DNA of 64,000 bases, taken from NCBI GenBank assembly GCA_002305715.1, contig DBQD01000042.1:12436-76435 (forward strand), in the 5' to 3' direction. Within the stretch, counting starts at the first letter, position 1. Each line of letters begins with the position of its first letter. This document shows positions 60,012 through 64,000 of this stretch, piece after piece. A program made the position numbers and the translations under genes. The stretch comes from Proteiniphilum sp. UBA1403. GTDB taxonomy: Bacteria; Bacteroidota; Bacteroidia; Bacteroidales; Dysgonomonadaceae. Under the pieces are notes generated by a model. It searched no databases. It was not told the DNA's origin and saw nothing but the letters and a program-made list of their open reading frames with translations.

Positions 60012-60590
60012 ATGATTGCAATTATCAAATACAACGCAGGCAACATCACCTCGGTCGAGCATGCTGTCAAGCGACTTGGTCTCCCTTGCTTGGTGACCGA
60101 AGAGGTCGACGAAATCTTTTGTGCCGACAAGGTCATCTTCCCAGGCGTTGGCGAGGCAAAGTCCGCCATGGCCTACCTCAGAGAGCGAGGTCTCGACGAA
60201 GTGATCCAATCGTTACGCCAACCCGTCCTTGGCATCTGCTTGGGACTCCAACTGATGTGCCGCCATTCTGAGGAGGGTGACACCCCCTGCATGGGCATCT
60301 TCGACGCAACGGTCAAGAAGTTTCCTCCGCTCGATATTGTCCCCCACATGGGCTGGAACAACCTCGAGGAGGTGAAGTCGCCTCTCTTTAAGGAGTTCGG
60401 ACCGGATGACACCGTCTACTTTGTTCACGGCTACTACGCTGAGCTCTGCGAGCAGACTATTGCCCGATGCAATTACATCCTGCCCTTCAGTGCCGCCATG
60501 CAGAAAGATAACTTTTACGCCACGCAGTTTCACCCTGAGAAGTCGGGCAGCGTGGGAGAACAAATATTGGAAAACTTCCTGAGATTATGA
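60012..60590 (+). CDS. hisH: Imidazole glycerol phosphate synthase glutaminase subunit
   Basis: FPGVG, GICLGLQ, PHMGWN, QFHPEKS. Confidence 0.97.
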   Translation: MIAIIKYNAGNITSVEHAVKRLGLPCLVTEEVDEIFCADKVIFPGVGEAKSAMAYLRERGLDEVIQSLRQPVLGICLGLQLMCRHSEEGDTPCMGIFDATVKKFPPLDIVPHMGWNNLEEVKSPLFKEFGPDDTVYFVHGYYAELCEQTIARCNYILPFSAAMQKDNFYATQFHPEKSGSVGEQILENFLRL

Positions 60591-61300
60591 GAATCATCCC
60601 CGCCATTGACATCATTGGAGGCAAGTGTGTTCGCCTCACCAAGGGCGATTACAGCACCAAGAAGATCTACAACGAGAACCCGTTGGAGGTCGCCAAAGAG
60701 TTTGAAGCCCATGGCATCCGCTATCTGCATCTGGTGGATCTCGATGGTGCCAAATCGCACCAGATCGTCAACCACCCTGTTTTGCACGCCATTGCCACAC
60801 AGACCTCGTTGCAAGTCGATTTTGGCGGCGGTATCAAGTCCGATGAAGCCGTGCGCATAGCCTTCGAGAACGGAGCCCATCAGATTACCGGCGGCAGTAT
60901 CGCCCTACAGCAGCCCAAGCTGTTCCTGCAGTGGCTGGAGACCTACGGACCAGAGAAGATCATCCTCGGTGCCGACAGTCACCACCGCCGCATTGCCACA
61001 CAAGGCTGGCAGCAGGAGTCTGATACCGATGTGGTCGACTTCATTACCAGCTATACCGGCAAGGGCGTCCGCTACACCATCTGCACCGACATATCCAAAG
61101 ACGGCATGTTGGAGGGCCCATCGCTCGACCTCTACAAAGAGATACTCGAGAGAACACCCCTCAACCTGATTGCAAGCGGAGGCATCACTACTGTGCATGA
61201 TCTGCATTTATTGCAGCATATCGGTTGCGAGGGAGCCATCATCGGTAAAGCCATTTACGAAGGAAAGATTACATTACGTGAACTACAGGAATTCTTTTGA
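60587..61300 (+). CDS. hisA: ProFAR isomerase
   Basis: [36 protein letters not shown]. Confidence 0.97.
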   Translation: MRIIPAIDIIGGKCVRLTKGDYSTKKIYNENPLEVAKEFEAHGIRYLHLVDLDGAKSHQIVNHPVLHAIATQTSLQVDFGGGIKSDEAVRIAFENGAHQITGGSIALQQPKLFLQWLETYGPEKIILGADSHHRRIATQGWQQESDTDVVDFITSYTGKGVRYTICTDISKDGMLEGPSLDLYKEILERTPLNLIASGGITTVHDLHLLQHIGCEGAIIGKAIYEGKITLRELQEFF

Positions 61301-61396
61301 ATGATGAATGATAAAAAAGGATTCTCTTTTTCACAAAATAAATAACTTTACAACAAAAAGCCGGAAGCCTTGCCTAAGGCTGAACAGATTGATGAT

Positions 61397-62152
61397 ATGC
61401 TGAAACGAAGAATCATTCCCTGCCTCGATATTAAAGACGGGCGTACAGTTAAAGGCGTGAATTTCATTGAACTTCGCGATGCAGGCGATGCCGTAGAGCT
61501 AGCCCGCCGTTATGTAGAAGAGGGAGCCGACGAGTTGGTGTTCCTCGACATCACCGCCACGGTTGAGAACCGGAAGACCCTTACTGAGCTTGTGCGGAAG
61601 GTAGCCGAAGCCATCAACATCCCCTTCACGGTTGGAGGCGGTATCCGCACACTCGAAGATGCCCGAGCCATCATCAAGGCGGGAGCCGACAAGGTAAGCA
61701 TCAACAGTTCCGCTGTAGACAACCCCGAGCTCATTACCGAAATAGCTGGGCAGTTTGGCAGTCAGTGTGTTGTGCTGGCCATCGACACCAAGTTGGAAGA
61801 GAGCGGCGAGTGGATGGTCTACGTCCATGGTGGTCGCACCCCCACTCCACGAAAGACTATCGACTGGGCTCTGGAGGGTGAACAAAGAGGAGCCGGTGAG
61901 ATTCTGCTCACCTCCATGAACAACGATGGCACCAAGAATGGATTTGCCCTCGACATCACCCACAAAGTGAGCGAAGCGGTCAACATACCCATCATTGCTT
62001 CCGGCGGAGCCGGCACCATGCAGCACTTTGCAGAAGTATTCCAGCATACCAAAGCCAGTGCCGCCCTCGGCGCCACCGTCTTCCACTTTGGCGAGATCCC
62101 CATACCGAAGCTCAAACAATACTTAAAAGCAAATGATATTCCCATACGATAG
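61397..62152 (+). CDS. hisF: Imidazole glycerol phosphate synthase cyclase subunit
   Basis: [11 protein letters not shown] from ATG 61397; [28 protein letters not shown]. Confidence 0.97.
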   Translation: MLKRRIIPCLDIKDGRTVKGVNFIELRDAGDAVELARRYVEEGADELVFLDITATVENRKTLTELVRKVAEAINIPFTVGGGIRTLEDARAIIKAGADKVSINSSAVDNPELITEIAGQFGSQCVVLAIDTKLEESGEWMVYVHGGRTPTPRKTIDWALEGEQRGAGEILLTSMNNDGTKNGFALDITHKVSEAVNIPIIASGGAGTMQHFAEVFQHTKASAALGATVFHFGEIPIPKLKQYLKANDIPIR

Positions 62153-62192
62153 AAATCGGGACAACGAAATAAACAATTAAAAAACGAACAAC

Positions 62193-62780
62193 GTGAAGAT
62201 CGATTTTACAAAAAACCAAGGACTGGTGCCGGTCATAGTACAGCACTCCCGCACACTTCAGGTGCTCATGCTGGGCTATATGAACCAGGAAGCACTGGAA
62301 AAGACCCAGAAAGAAGGCAAAGTAACCTTCTTCAGCCGAAGCAAACATCGACTCTGGACCAAGGGGGAAACATCGGGTAATTTTCTCACGGTAGAAAAGA
62401 TACAGGTCGATTGTGACAACGACACCCTTTTAATCAAAGCCCTTCCGCAAGGTCCCACCTGCCATACCGGTAGTACCTCCTGTTTCGGAGAAGAAACCCC
62501 AAAAGGATTCCTCTACGAGCTGGAAGGAGTGATTGAGCAACGTATAACTGAAAATCCAGAAGGATCCTATACCTCCAAGCTATTCAGTAGAGGCGTGAAT
62601 AAAGTAGCCCAGAAGGTAGGTGAAGAAGCCGTTGAGTTGGTTATTGAGGCCAAAGACGACAACCTCGACCTGTTCAAGAATGAAGCAGCTGACCTGCTTT
62701 ATCATTTCCTGATTCTATTAAAGACAAAAAAGCTGAAGCTTCAAGATATCGAAGAGATATTGGTTAATCGGCACAAATAA
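62193..62780 (+). CDS. hisIE: Bifunctional phosphoribosyl-AMP cyclohydrolase/phosphoribosyl-ATP pyrophosphatase
   Basis: WTKGETSG, DCDNDTL, CHTG, KVGEEAVE, ADLLYH. Confidence 0.96.
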   Translation: MKIDFTKNQGLVPVIVQHSRTLQVLMLGYMNQEALEKTQKEGKVTFFSRSKHRLWTKGETSGNFLTVEKIQVDCDNDTLLIKALPQGPTCHTGSTSCFGEETPKGFLYELEGVIEQRITENPEGSYTSKLFSRGVNKVAQKVGEEAVELVIEAKDDNLDLFKNEAADLLYHFLILLKTKKLKLQDIEEILVNRHK

Positions 62781-62786
62781 TTACGG

Positions 62787-64000
62787 TCACACTTTTCTAC
62801 AAACAATATAAACTTTACGTTCGTCTGAAAGAGTGGTAGCAAAGAGGTAGGAATCCCCTCCCTCGGCCAGACCAGTTTTGCGACGAATCTCAGCAACCGT
62901 CATCGGAAAATTGCGAACAGCTATGTTCGCTTTTTTTGTCCCCTTTGTGAATTCCTTAATCTGTTGTTTGTTGGGGACAAAGAAGGAAGTCACCTCAAAT
63001 GACCTTCCCGGGAAATCAGCCACCCATTCGTTCGACGTATAAAGATGGCTGTTGGTATGTAGTTTTGTAAGATTAAAAGCTTGCGCCACCCCTTTGAAAG
63101 CACCTGCTTTCAAGATCGATGCATTTGGTTCGTAGAGATACCGACCCGGAGAATTTGTGAAGGCGATTTTCGTCTGCTGCTCCTGCTCCATGGTAAAAGC
63201 AAAGCGCTCCATCTCACCCGACCGTTTCAAGTTCACAGCCACATAGCGAGGTGCCTCCGTGGCGACCTTCGAAAGTAAGAAAAGCAACTCTTTGCACTCA
63301 TTCTCCAGCGACACAATATGAACCTCGCGCACATTGCCCAGCGTCTTCACCGCAAGTGCGATGTCTAGCATCGGAGAATACTTGACCATCACCTGCTCCG
63401 CCTTCTTTTGCAGCAGTTCTTTCATCAGTGTGATGTCTGGTGTACAATCCTCAATCCGTACCACCTTTCGACCGGTATCATCCCGACGAGCAGGGTCTAA
63501 GAAGATCAAGTTGTACGCTCTCGCTCTCTCCAGAAAATGCTCCGCATTATCACAATGAACCCGAGCATGCCTAAGCTGTAATACCCCAAAATTGTGCATC
63601 GCTATGTCGCACAACTCACTGTTCTGCTCTACATAGTCAGCCTCCCCAAACAGAGAAGCCAGAAAGGAGAAGTCGACACCCACACCCCCCGTCAGGTCTG
63701 CAAAGCGACCATGAGCAATGTCACAAGCAGTGTCACAAACAGTATCACAAACAGTATCAGATGTAGCACTGTCTGAAGCATCGAGTGAAGTATCGGTTAA
63801 AGCATCCGATGAAATCCCCATAATCACCGCCACCAACGACGCCTTGTAGCGTGCCGTCAGTTCCGACGAAGCCTGCTCCAGTGAGAGGTGCACCGGGTAG
63901 AGAATCTCCTCCCGCTCGTACCACGACGGGATCTTCACTTTCGCCACCTGCCTCCCTGCAATCTGCGACAGCAACAACGGCATATCCTCCCCCGAAAAGC
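62787..64000 (-). CDS. Class I SAM-dependent methyltransferase with THUMP-like C-terminal domain; 5' end probably beyond the window
   Basis: LEQASSE, DLTGGVGVD, FLDPARR, VKYSPMLD, YEPNASILKAG; frame stays open to the window edge. Confidence 0.85.
   Translation of the reverse strand, partial: FSGEDMPLLLSQIAGRQVAKVKIPSWYEREEILYPVHLSLEQASSELTARYKASLVAVIMGISSDALTDTSLDASDSATSDTVCDTVCDTACDIAHGRFADLTGGVGVDFSFLASLFGEADYVEQNSELCDIAMHNFGVLQLRHARVHCDNAEHFLERARAYNLIFLDPARRDDTGRKVVRIEDCTPDITLMKELLQKKAEQVMVKYSPMLDIALAVKTLGNVREVHIVSLENECKELLFLLSKVATEAPRYVAVNLKRSGEMERFAFTMEQEQQTKIAFTNSPGRYLYEPNASILKAGAFKGVAQAFNLTKLHTNSHLYTSNEWVADFPGRSFEVTSFFVPNKQQIKEFTKGTKKANIAVRNFPMTVAEIRRKTGLAEGGDSYLFATTLSDERKVYIVCRKV
63720..63761. 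repeat. 12-bp tandem repeats encoding DTVC-DTVC-DTAC
   Basis: GTCACAAGCAGT GTCACAAACAGT ATCACAAACAGT ATCAGA. Confidence 0.9.

Noticed and set aside
61499-62119. 206-aa antisense ORF over hisF, and similar ones over pyrI, hisB, hisD and hisH
   Set aside because: Typical reverse-frame artefacts of codon bias in conserved genes
1-64000. Mobile elements, prophage, defence systems, tRNA/rRNA
   Set aside because: No integrase, transposase, phage structural, restriction or toxin motifs, and no tRNA or rRNA signatures were recognised

Overview
AT-rich to moderately GC-rich chromosomal window of a Bacteroidales bacterium. This assignment is inferred from protein families and repeated TAnnTTTG (-7)/TTTG (-33) promoters; Dysgonomonadaceae/Porphyromonadaceae-like is a guess. 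From left to right: (1) a peptidoglycan-recycling locus resembling the Tannerella ampG-ybbC/namZ-murT-murK-murQ locus (zinc amidase-like 'xanthan lyase', GT2, SpoIID/LytB, AmpG, MurT/K-like, MurQ), in which the namZ (DUF1343) gene survives only as a collapsed pseudogene absent from the ORF track; (2) a frameshifted esterase, FemAB/GNAT, fabH, a carboxyspermidine dehydrogenase-pyrBI-metA run, a lactonase, cdsA, galE and a candidate ~70-nt sRNA with its own promoter and terminator; (3) plsC, NfeD, folK-like, relA, GH2 mannosidase, an MFS pump, a frameshifted orphan NarL regulator facing an uncharacterised OmpA-lipoprotein-TPR operon; (4) proS, menA, GH29, HerA-like, ABC, DUF368, porin, membrane-anchored MutS-V; (5) a complete his operon with a His-rich leader peptide and attenuator, and a partial THUMP-like methyltransferase. 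No rRNA, tRNA, CRISPR array, integrase or IS element was seen. Family assignments come from motif recognition by eye, not from database searches.
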